Below, one piece after another: positions 39,400 through 50,832 of a stretch of DNA of 64,000 nt. The notes below the pieces were generated by a model. It did not search any database. It worked only from the letters and a program-made list of their open reading frames with translations, and was not told the origin of the DNA. A program made the translations under genes and the position numbers. This DNA is from Raillietiella orientalis. Taxonomy: Eukaryota. The stretch is from contig JAYWIR010000055.1 of assembly GCA_036172245.1 (NCBI GenBank), positions 372,001 to 436,000 on the forward strand. Reading direction: 5' to 3'. Each line of letters opens with the position of its first letter. The first letter of the stretch is position 1.

Positions 39400-41420
39400 T
39401 CCCGTGCGTCGTGGAACTTACATGAGAAGGATGAATTTGGATATTCGTTGCGCTTCAGGCTCTTCGCTGTCCTTGCAACGTACTGACCCTTTCAACAGTT
39501 TTCCTGCTTCCCCCGTGTCTTCGCATCCCGTCGGTCATTTCTCTTCCATCCCCATTCTCTGCACGGAGCGCGGACAAGGACGTTCCAGACTTGCATCCCG
39601 TGGGAGACTTCCATTCCCGCCAGCTCCGTGGTCCCGCGGCGGTGAATTTCGTCAAGGACCATGGACACTGGCAAGCGATTCGAAGCCGTCGAAAACTTTG
39701 TCCTCGTGAGCAGGACGATCCGACCGTCCCGGATACGCCAAGCACGCGGAAGCATTCCGTGCTTCCCGGCTCTCGCAGCTACGAGCGGGGGGACAAAAGC
39801 AGTGCGGTCAGAACGTGCCGTCTGACCTCGGCATGTCGGCAGCAGAACGGACCGTTTCACGGCTCTCACCTCTTGCGAGGCGAGCCGTCTGCGGCGCGTT
39901 GCGAACCGGAGCGTGGCGCATCTCCGTGCATCTCCTGGTTCCGCAGACGCTGCACCGGTTCACGGCGTGTTGCATGCTGGAGGGAAGCCGCTCGGCCCTC
40001 CAGCCCGAAGGGAGCGCGCACGTTCGGGCGGAGGGGCTTCTCGATGGGAAAGGGGAAAAAGGCGGCAGAGGAATGACAGCCACGTCCAACAGCCTTCCCA
40101 CTTCCGGAGGTACAAAGTTGAGGGAGCTCCGCATCCCCTGGAATTCCTGCTCGCATGGCCGACCGCGCCTGCGTCCCACCGTGTTCACCAACTTGCCTGC
40201 CCGCCGTCCATCCTCATCTCCGATCCCCTTTCCGGCCGTGCTTGGAAGCTCCCCGAAAAATCCGTCGGAGCCACCGAGCGACCACCGCACTCTCCAAGGA
40301 AAACAGGGGGGGTCGAGAAAGTGAGCCGTGGAACAGAGAACGAAACGCAGGTTCGGTCACGCACGGAAATAAAGGAAATAAAAGCAAATGAAAAGGCGAG
40401 AATAATTCCCCAAAAGCACGTGTACTGCTGAAGACACGCAAGGAAAGGGTTGCGGGAGGCTTTTCAAACAGCAGCAAGTCGTGTCAGGGTTGCAGGTCGA
40501 CGAAAGGAAAGCTGAATCGAAAGACTGAAACGCAGCTCGGGGCGAGAGTTCAGCAAATGAAGAGAGAGACTCGGAGAGAGAGATGAGTGAGTGAACGACG
40601 AACGGAAGGTTCCCGATTGAAAAATTTCCGAAAATATTTATGCGGATTCGTTCGCAAACAGCCCGTAAGGAGGAGCAAACATCTGCTTTCTCCCCCCCCC
40701 CTTCTCTGCATTGGTCTCCGCAACGTCCGTTTGGCGTCCCCTGCTGGACCGGACCGTGCTGGAAACATCGAGGTGCTGCTGGCCCCGAGCTTTTGGCCAG
40801 ATTTGCGAGTACGGTTTTTCTTGGAGGCAGTGAACGCACCTCGTGGGGGTACTCAGACGATTCCTCTGCAGCAGAAAGGATCTTCGGATGACTGCCTGCT
40901 CGTGATCAGACGCCCAGCTCCAGAGGGGGACGCAAATCCTTTCCTTTGGTTGATGAGCACTTTCGCTCCGTCGAGAGCTTTGCTCTTGTCGCGAACATCC
41001 TCCTTGGCGAAGAGTCATACCTCATCCTTCGACATCCCCACTTTCCCCTTCAGATTCGTTGCGTGAATAACAGGAGGAGCGCTAATAGTTTAGTCCAGGA
41101 GTCCCCAACCACCACTACTACTACTACTACTACTAAATCTGCCTTGAAATTTGGCAAATGGTTTCCCATTCCCTATTTCAGGAAAGCTGGAAAAGCAATT
41201 CCTGTCTGAAGAAACAGAGAAGCTGGAGAGCTGGCTGCTTCCGGGCGCCTTTCTCAATGCATGGGGAACTCTTGATTTGAGTCCAGGCAGTCTGCAGCAG
41301 CTGTCTCTTAAATAAGGAGATGATGAGCGCACGGGTTCTTGGATCACTGCAACAGCGGTTCCTCTCTCTGAGAGCTTTGCTTTGGGGGACGAATTCTTTT
41401 ACGCGATTCCGAAATGCCAC
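39400..41420 (-). mobile_element. Decayed I/Nimb-like LINE fragment (ORF1 + start of endonuclease)
   Basis: RALIISLFK...SSPCIEKG (ORF1 N-terminal-like), PTRCVHCLQEKPYSQI (degenerate first zinc knuckle), FQGMRSSL and EWG...DAKTRGKQ (APE-like), in order on the minus strand. Confidence 0.35.
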
Positions 41421-43139
41421 ACGCGCAAGAGAAAACGGTTGGTACGAAGGATGAGGGATCCTCTCAGTGAACTATATTCGCGGAAATGGAATTTGGGGGA
41501 AAGGAGGGGGGGGGGGGGTTGACCTGCACACGTAGGAGAACGCATTGCGTTTGCAAAAATCGAAAGCACTAGAAATGAGGACTGCTCTTTCGGCATAGCG
41601 AAAAGCTGGAGAGCGTGGTGTGCACCGGAAGCGCTCCGTGGTTGTTAATTTGCTCCCTTTCTCCGGGAATCGCACTTCCTGTGATCATCATCACGCCAGC
41701 TGCTTGGAGTTTACAGACTGGTTTTCCGTCGCTAAGGGGAAAGACCCATGCAGACCTATGCAAATGGCTGCTCCCAAACAGCTCTCCAGCATGCAGCAAG
41801 GAATGACGCCCTCTCCTGGAGTGGCAACGCCTTCGCAGCTCGCAAGCGAGTTGGGTAGAGCGGCACCCATGATCTCGAAGCGTTATCTTTTCTCTCATCC
41901 CCTCCCCCCATTCCTCCCTCTTCCTCCGCGAGGAGACGCACGTTTTTTATCGCTGCAACATGGAGTGGATGAATTTGGTGAAGCGATTGCTGGCCACCCT
42001 GTAATGTTGTGGAGCTCTTCCTGAAGCACAATGTCCGTGCAAAGAGTCGCATGGGAAGCTGCCCTCGAAATCAGCCGAACCTCGAAACCACCTCGAAACT
42101 TGCATTTGTTTGGGATGAAAAAGTGGTCCAGGACAGCGGAACGATTCTCCTGCTCAAAGGGAGGGAAACAAGTCGCGTTGCCACTCGCAGCGAGATGCGT
42201 TCTGGCGGTCCCCGCATTTATTTTCGGGACAACCCACGGCAGCGGACGCGGCCCCATTCTTTCGGTTTCTCTGGGGCATGTCGCGCGCACTCCTCCTACC
42301 TTTTGCCCGTCCCCACACACAACTCGCGCACTTTTCGACCGATCCCTATCTAAGACGCCTGCCCCCCAGACTCATCATTCACTCATTGCTGGAGCACTGG
42401 CGATGCACCGAAAGTGTTCAGCCATTCAAACTCCCGTCCATGCCATCCCATGCAAACTTCCGTTCAAGGATCTCAGCAGCTTTTACTCGGAGGGTTGTTT
42501 CAGTTGCGTACGGATGCCTGGAGGCTGATTTGAGGATGCCGACGTGTGCCACAACAGGAAGAACGACGGGACGCTTTGGTAACTTTTTTTTTTTTTTCCT
42601 CCGGGAATGAATGAAGTCTTCGCTCAACAAATTCCTTGGTTACTTCGGCTCGCTGCTGTGCGATGCTGACCGACGCCGGCGATGAGTGCGTTCGGCGCAC
42701 CCGACTTCGGAGCCGGAGCCACCGGCGCGCTCGGGACGGAGACCACCACACTGTCGGTTCCTACGGAGCCACCGCGGCGGTGAGGAACCCTTTTGATCCC
42801 AGATTTCCGTGCAAACACCTCGGCAAAGGCGAATATGCCACAGATGGTGTTACGCAGTCGGATCAGTTCGCATGTCGAGCAGCCTTTGAAATCTGCGTGA
42901 CCTCGCCAGCGCGGGCGCACGGACGGCTGTGGTCTCCTCTAGCGCGGCACCGAGCGTTGCGGGGTCGAATCCTGCCCGGTGGGAGAGGAGGGAGAGGGAA
43001 TGACGCCGGGAAGTGTGGAGTGAGTCTCGATTGCTTCCTTCCCTGCAAGATGACGCTGGCTGGCCTCTTCGAATGCGGCGGCAGCAGTGCAAGCAGCCGG
43101 GACTTGAACCACCCTCCGGGGTTCTTCCAGAAACTGAGG

Positions 43140-43985
43140 AGGTAATCTCCGGAGGGGGGGTAGGTTCACCTCCATTCGTGAAAATGGGGCCGTCCCTCCT
43201 CCCTCTTCGGAGGGACCATCCGTCTCGTACCATGGAGCTGGCTGGCACCTCTCCAGAGTGTCGAGAAGCGCACTGTTCCCTTCGGGGAGCGACCTTTCGG
43301 AGAAATCGGGAAGCATCCCTTCGGGGTTCTCTTCGGAGGCAACCAGGGATGGAGAGCCGTCCCTTCAGAGTACTCTCTGGAGAGTAAGGGAGGAGCGGAC
43401 TCCTCCTTCCTCCGGAGCCCTTCCTGCATCCGTAGGGTGGTCCCTTCCCGGAATACCCCTACAACTTGAAGAGTGAGCACGCACCCTCGTGAGGCGTGGA
43501 CAGCGCCAAAGAGCTTCGTGACCTCCCCCCTCCCCCCACAAGAGGCGGACGGTTATTTAGCACTGGGCGAGTTGTGGTTGGAGTCTTCGTGGGACGGGCG
43601 AACTACACGGAGGACGTGTGTTGGGGCGAAGGGCGTGGTTCTCAGAGTGTCATCCCGCGTGCTGATGCTGCTCTCCTCTCCTGCTTCCCCCTCGCCCAGG
43701 GCACTTCCTTCGTGGTTCTCTTCAGAGGAGGAGAAAACAAGGAGCAGCGTTTCCTTGCGTATTCCCTCCGGGGAAGAAACGAGGTGGGAGTGGCAATCTC
43801 CGAAGAAAACAAGGAAGAAGTGGTTCGGGGTTCCCTCCCAAGCGTGGGAGAGACGGACTCCTCCCTCCTCCGGAGCACTCCCAGGATTCGCAGGGTGGTC
43901 CCCCTCCTGGGACGCCCCTTATAACTCGAAGGGTCACACGCACCCTCGGATGGCGTGGACGGTGTCAAAGAGCTTCGTGAGCCTC
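43140..43985 (-). repeat. Two tandem copies of a dispersed repeat (probable retroelement 5' region)
   Basis: 43295-43525 and 43700-43985 align. Both contain CGGACTCCTCC, AGGGTGGTCCC, CGCACCCTCG, GGCGTGGAC and CAAAGAGCTTCGTGA. Related copies lie at 24780-25120 and 58085-58430. Confidence 0.75.
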
Positions 43986-44199
43986 TAGGCGAACGGTTCT
44001 TTGAGTATTCAGCAAAACAAAAACAAAAAAAAAGCTGGAAGGAAAGCAGCAAAACAGAAGAATTCCAAAGGACTTCCATCAACGTAGGCCAACAGTAGCG
44101 ACCACCCCGTGAGATCGCTACCGGCCTTTCGAATGGTGACTCACGTGGAAAGCGCTCGCCTCGCCCATCGGCGAGAACGAGGGAGGCCACTGAAGTGCT

Positions 44200-47100
44200 C
44201 TGTTAGAGTGATTTATCACCCGGTCACGCCGGGGCCTCTATTATGAAAAATAATAAACATACGTGTGTAGGTCCATCAGACCTACATTGTTCGAAGATGC
44301 TCAGAAGCTGCCGAATAACCGGCACGCAGGCCGCCGAGGTTCGCCTCTGCAGCGGAGGAAAGGGGGCAAACAAAAATGAAAATGAAAGAAAAATCAATCA
44401 TAAAAAAGGAAAACTCTGGGAGGCGCAAGAAAGGATCGTTGTCCGCTCGAGGGCGTCCTCTGCATCCTTTCCAGGATGTTGGCAATTTCCATCCGGGTAT
44501 GCTCCAGATGGGTCCATCCAGCTGCCGTCTACAGGAAGCGCAGGGCGAAGCAGATGGCATCCCTGTCGTGCCGTCCTCCTCTCGCGTGGCTCCAGGCCGC
44601 TACCATCCCTCGTAGGCAGCTGCAAAGAGCTGCTGGCGATGCGGCAAGCGAAAGAGCATCGCGCACGAAGAGGTTCTTCATCACTTCCCTGGGATTGTCC
44701 GTCGGTGCCCCAAGGGCCGTTGCCTAACGCAACCACAGGGGCCGGAGGGCAACACAGTCCACAAGTAGGTGAGGGAACTGGAATTCCCGTTCCCCTCACC
44801 TAAAACAGTTGGGATCCACATCCACCCGGGTCCAGTGAGACCGGCAGCGTTGCACGGAGGACCCCAGCGCAACAGCAGAATTGCCGAATCCTGCCAATTC
44901 AGGGGGAGAACCCGTTTGTTCTTCAGCTCTGGGGTCCAGTCGAGGTTTTCCTGTGGGATTTCCAGCAACTCACCCCAGCGCAATAGTCCTTTCGGTGGGA
45001 CGCTTGGGGTCTCAGCGTCCGTGAGCTGGCCCGTAGTCCAAACACCTGATTCCCTTGTTCGAAGACCTATTTCGCAATTGATCTCCCATTTGGCCGACTG
45101 GCTACTGCCCAGGTGCTCTCTGAGGGAGGGTAGCGCTGCTTCTAGGGTGGTTCTTGGTGGGCTGTACGATGACGTCCTGCAGCGAGCGGTTGTTGTAGAA
45201 GGAGGGCAGCCGCATCTCTGCCGCATCTCCGGGCTCGTTTCGTTGTTTCTGGCGCGTGTGCGGACGGTTTTCCGCAACCAGACGGTACCGCTCGCGGGCC
45301 GGCAGGAGATCCAGATGCTGGTCTGTTGGAATTTTTTTTTGGGTCTGTTAGATTGGTGGTAAACAGTCGCAGGCAATTCTTATGACATTTTTATGAACTC
45401 GACTTCTTCTTCGTCCTTCGGCACCTGTGCTCCAGCTGACGATCAAGCTAGTTTCTGGATCGTCCCCTCCCTATTTACCAAGTTCCAGTCCCTTATTTAT
45501 TTATTTTTCTTTTTTTTTCATTATTCATTCCCGTCACCTGATGCCCGAGGAAACGGTCAGTCGCAGGTCGAGACTGCACCCGTGCGCACGTCGCACTCAT
45601 CCGGGAAGCGCAAGGAATCCTCACATCTTCATCATGCGTTCACGTGATCGGGATTTTCTCCTTCTTGGTGCGCTCTTCCTACCGCTGTCTCCAAGCACGT
45701 GAAATTTGTCTGGAAGCCACCAGTTTTATTTCCGTGTTGCTTTTCGGGATGAAAGTGCGTTGAGGATGATGGGGCAGCTTGTGAGCAACAGCTTCTGAGC
45801 AACCCAGCATCGTTTCAACGATCTCTTTGTAAATTCGCAGCGACTCGTGGGAAAAGGCGAAGAGAAGGTGTCCCTTCGTCTACGGGACGAATATTTTGGA
45901 GGGGAGGGGGGCAGCCGGGATCGCTTCGTCGAACAGAGGAAACGCGGAGGACCCGAGAGATTCGCGTGAGGATGGAGCTGGAAACCACAGCGACGCCGTC
46001 TGATTAGGTGGATGAAGAGAAGCGGAAAGGAAAATCTACGAACGATCCAAAGCCTTCAGGGTGAATCCCGCATATCTAGACCAGGAGAGGATCGGTCCCT
46101 TATTGAATCCCCGAGCCAAGTTCCGCTCTTCTTTGCTTGCGCTACAGAAAAGGCACTTTCTAGATTAAGGGTCATCCTAAAATCTTTCTTCCGCCTGTCT
46201 TCTGATTTTGCTGGAATTTCTCGAACTCCCGGATGCCTGCGGGGATGCTCCAGAGGGTGGAGTATTATTCGAGCGCAATTTTCTCTTGAGGAAGTTTCCA
46301 GACCGCTGAGCTGAATCTGAATTCGCTCATTCGATCTTGCAAGATTCTTGAGGTTCCCAGGTCCTCGAGCGAGCACACGGGGAAATCGGGAAGATTCCGT
46401 CTTTCGTGCTGCCACCGATACTGACAAACCGATGGACTCTGCTTGTTCGTGGGACCTCAAGAATCGCGAGAGAAAATCAACCGTGCCGCTGACACTTGCT
46501 CTGCGGATGCTGAGCCTAAATCTGCAAACCTGCGCACGATCTCGTTTTCCTCAAGCTGACAGTCTTTTGCGCAAACCATCTTCTAAGCTTCCCATCTTCT
46601 CCCTCTCTCTCTCTCTCTTTTTTCTTTCTCGCTTCTTCAAAGAAAAAGGTCATAAGCGAATTCCCTTGTTTGTCGAGTTCTTTCTCCTCGTGGACAAGGA
46701 CACCGCGAGGTCAAAGCAGCCCTTCCTGGCAGGAGGACAACGTGAAGCTCACGTGGCTCACGAGATCAAAGTGATCTCGAAGTGGATCCGCGCGATTCCT
46801 CTTCGGATGGGAGGACATCACTGCACGCCCGTCCTCACCCGGCGTGAAGCCAAGGCAACAAGGCGTTCCCGAGGATCCACCACCGCGACCTGTGCCAGGA
46901 TCATTTCAGGATGGCGGATGAAGGTGTCCGAATACATGCGAGACTGGACACCCACTTTTCGAATGGGGCGCCAGAAACGCGTTTGCCCCGCGTGCACCTC
47001 GTTCGCCCATTCGTGGGAAGTTCCGATTGCCACGCCTACGACTTTCCCAAGCGTAGGCTGCGTATGGTGTGTGAGTGCCGCACAAACGATTATTCGCGCC

Positions 47101-48000
47101 AGATCAGATCTCAATTGCAGTTGTCGCGCGATGGCGTTACAAGTGCCTCGACTCCACTGCACTCACCAGTGCCAGCGTGTTACTCGCGGAAGTGCTTCTT
47201 ATCTGTTTGAGGAACCTCGTTGACAGCGGAGAGCCAGGAAGCTTCCTCATGTTCACCTGTTTTGCCATTCGCAGTTCGCCTTCCCTTGGCAGAGGTGGAC
47301 TGCGTGGGGCACCTTGACTCAGGATGGATGAGCATCCACAGAACCCGGTGTTCGGCTGCAGTCCGAGGAGGGGTGCGTGCGTGTGTGTCGTGGACGCTGT
47401 GAAGTATTTCGTCTTTCAGCTACCTTCCCAGGCGGAACTCTCACACACACACCACGGAGGACTGCGTCGACTGCCCTCTGAGGAGGCATCTCCGCACACA
47501 CGAAGCCACGTGAACGACAAACGCCAACAGCCGCTATGAGGTCGCAGAAATTCCATGCCGTTCCGCGGCACCGAAAGAAGGCACCCGTCCTCACACGAAG
47601 ACGCGCGTCCAAGGAGGCCGAAGAGCGGTCTGCCGACTCGGCACGGCTCCGAGAAGCGTCTCCAAGGGAAACGCACTCTCCCTGAGGCGACGAAAAGGTA
47701 CGGCCCTGCACGGGAACCTGAGAACCTGCACAGGAATGCACGACCTGGCAGCCCCTCATGCTGCTGCGGCACGCGACCACGCGTGTGTGTACGCGCGCGC
47801 GCGCGAGTGCAGAAGATGAAAGCACGGGAAAACTCTGACCTCGCTAAGCAAGGCGAACAACGTGCCGAAGATGCTCTGCCGTTGCGTTGCAAAGGGAGAG
47901 ATGATCGCGAGAGCCTGGTGCCTCTGCTCGTCGCCAAGCAGGCGGCCACTTTTGATTCTTCCGAGTGACCGATGCATGAAAATCGCCACCACCATCTTGA
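44200..48000 (-). mobile_element. Decayed near-full-length L1/Tx1-like non-LTR retrotransposon (same family as 59940-61900)
   Basis: 44769-45370 encodes WTTGQLTDAETPSVPPKGLLRWGELLEIPQENLDW...LPLNWQDSAILLLRWG, closely similar to the 60.5-60.8 kb copy, and the 3' UTR is alignable. Upstream are degenerate RT-like (MTLNLESAF, GLDMRDSP, 46.0-46.4 kb), APE-like (VVDPRERLVAL, ~46.9 kb) and ORF1-like (HPSSDC, ~47.35 kb) remnants. The 5' boundary is approximate. Confidence 0.65.
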
Positions 48001-50812
48001 AAATCAGAAACGCGCGCGCATAGTCAGAAACAGCGGTACAAGAAAAACAAGAGTGCGATGGAAAGAAGCACAAGAAAGGGACGCGGCTCTGAAAATTTCG
48101 CGTCTGCACTCTGATTGACACCTTTCGGATCTTCCTGTTTGAGACAGTCTAAATAAGCACGTTCTTATCGCTGACCCGAGGAACACGTTTGATGCTAAAT
48201 AAATCGGGAGAAAGGGCTGCAAAAGAGACCAGGCTGTGTTCGCATCGGACGAAGAGGTAAGAGGTCCGGCCTTTGTCCCTGAGGCTGCTTACGCCTTTGG
48301 TACAGACGCGCGCAAATAACAGAAACCGCAGTCTTCTGCGCCCCTAGAAATCCAGAAAGCAAAAAGAGCTCGAAGAAAGTCTTTTAACTTCCGAAACAAA
48401 GCTGAAATGGACCAGCTGACGTTGATTAGTCCCAGAGGTACAAAGCGATTCCTCTTAACTCACACCACCTCTCTTAGTAGCATTTTCTGGAATTGAAACT
48501 CTTGCTAACGGTATGCAAGGGCTACTGCGTGTTGATGGAGGCACCATTCGCCATGCCGGAGGTGTTAGGAATTGCAAGCTGAATGTGTGCTCTATTGTGA
48601 TTCACAGATTTGCACGCTATCAATACAAAACAAAGGAGGTAATTTCCTGGTCCACTTTTGATGTGACTGAAGCAACGAGCCGCACGCAAAGGAGGCTTAA
48701 AGGAAAGAGCAGTGCTTACGGAGATAAGTAGCGGTACTTAAAGCACTTCTTGAGGAAGTCCCAGATGAAGATTTACACTCAGGCGTTAGTAGAGGAAACA
48801 AAACAAAACTGCTTCACTATAATGAATGGGGACTCGTGCACTCGGTGGTTGGTTGTGTGCAGGAGCCCTGTGGCTACACATCAGGTCAGCTGCTGAACGC
48901 ACCCATGAAACTCTTCTTGCAGAAGGTGTTCAGATTAAGGGCGCGCGCGAGAGGATGACACCTGAAACGAAGCCACTTTCGAACGTTGTCTGAAAATTTG
49001 CTCGCCGTGCTTCTCAATCCCCACATCAACCTCACACAGCACAACCGCAGAGGCTGTGCCACACTCTCCCGATGGCCACGTATGGTCATCCCCTAACGGA
49101 GCAAACGACTCCCAGGTCAGACGTGATGCAGCAAAGAAAATACTGAAGTATGGATGCATTCTTTTTTTAATTAAAAAGAAAAAAAAAATGGAAAAACAAA
49201 GAAACCGGTGCAAATGGTTTTTCAAGAAATTTGAAAATTTTTGTTGGCAACGCGGTCCACAAAATGCTCCTTGCTTAGCAAAAGTAGCTAAACACTTCCA
49301 CTGTGTGTGGGAAAAGCCACAGTAGACGTGTGAGTTGTTTTGGCAAGACCGAAATCAGACATACGTATTCCAGGAGCTGGTATCCCGTTCCAGCTTCTCC
49401 TTTTCCATCGCCTGATTCTGCGTGCGGGAGCAACAAAATCCAGCCATGAGATTTTTGCGGCGAACGGGGGAGGGGGGAACAAGAGCCACAAGGAGCCACG
49501 GCTTGAACTGAAGGGAACACAACTGCACCATCTTCCTTGGTATTCTTTTCACACCTCTCAATTCCATTCCATATTTCGAAAATATTGAGAGTGCTGGCCG
49601 ATTCTTGACCAAAAAGGGCTGCAACTGCCGACCGACGTCCATCATGGGGAGCTTCACTCAAAGCTCCATCACTGTGAAAGCTGCGAGGGAAAAGCTACGC
49701 CAATTCTGGGAGCAAACTTGAGTTTCAAACTCGGCCCATGGTACGACCTTGGGATAGGCAGTGGCTCAACACACCAGCGTCAGCAGTATAGCAGCGAAAC
49801 TTTACGAAGACCTCAACGTTCAAGTTCAAAGGTATGGAAAACACAGGAATGAGATTGAAGTGTGGTATACATGGAGATGCTCGGAGGCAGCAGCTCGAGT
49901 CCGAGTTCATCGGTACTCGTATTAACCAAGCATGCACATGGGAAGCGATAGATTACCCAATGTACAAGAGGGAACGATGCTGCATGAGGTGCCAAGGGAC
50001 CGTGCCGGTCAAGTTCAAGGTCACCAAAGATGAGCCGAAGAGCCATCCCGTGCTCACCGGATCCCGAAAAGTGTTTCCTCCAGGCTCTACGCCACTGGGA
50101 GAGAGAGTGAAGGAGGAAGGAAAACACGAGAAGTCCAGATAGCAGGCTGGGCCGATGTGGATTTGTGATCGGATGAAACTGGTTGCACACGCGATGTCTG
50201 TGTAAACCACACGGCAGCCGTGCGTCATGAGCACGAAAAACCGCTGCCTATGTGAAAATGCATATCAACCTGCCAAGTGTTACGAAGGAGATGCAATCAG
50301 CTCTCGTGGTCTGCTGCAATCTTGCTCTTTGATGACACAAAAAGAGACTGAAAAGTGAATGCTATCCACGAATCTCTCGGGGCACTCTCACCCTATACGC
50401 TATTGAGGAAGTGTAAGGCAATCCGAGCTTTTTGTTTTCCTGAAGATGCCACTCCCTTAGCATCCTCCGACGGGGATCATCGTTGGATGATGATGAGAGC
50501 ATTGAAACAGGCTGGCAAGCGCGGTATCCATACGACTGTGTGGGATACTACCCCACCAGTTTTCTAGTTCTGTACTAGCTAAACGACCAAAATGACCAGC
50601 CCGAAAATGGTACAAAAAAGCGGGGAAATAAACAGACTTTCGTTGGGGTATATACCATAACTTTCGAACACATCCATACCCTGACATTCCGTCAGGAAAT
50701 CGCAGAACACGCACGGATGCTGAGGGCTTTGCTTTAGATTCCCAAGTATGTGTATTGGATTTCTGCGTACATAATACGGGTAGTTTAACAAAACCTTTTC
50801 ACATTCTTCAAG

Positions 50813-50818
50813 TTTATT
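50813..50818 (-). promoter_or_regulatory. Candidate polyadenylation signal of TBL3
   Basis: AATAAA on the minus strand about 15 nt downstream of the TBL3 stop codon. Confidence 0.4.
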
Positions 50819-50832
50819 TTTTTTCATTTCTT

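Noticed and set aside
42958..42985. tRNA T-arm/B-box-like GCGGGGTCGAATCCTGC
   Set aside because: No A-box, D-arm, anticodon arm or acceptor stem could be built upstream, and it lies within a probable retroelement remnant.
49834..50330. Cys-rich ORF pieces (KRERCCMRCQG; NRCLCENAY)
   Set aside because: Frames are broken, with no consistent splice chain or recognisable domain spacing. It could be a transposase relic but cannot be supported.
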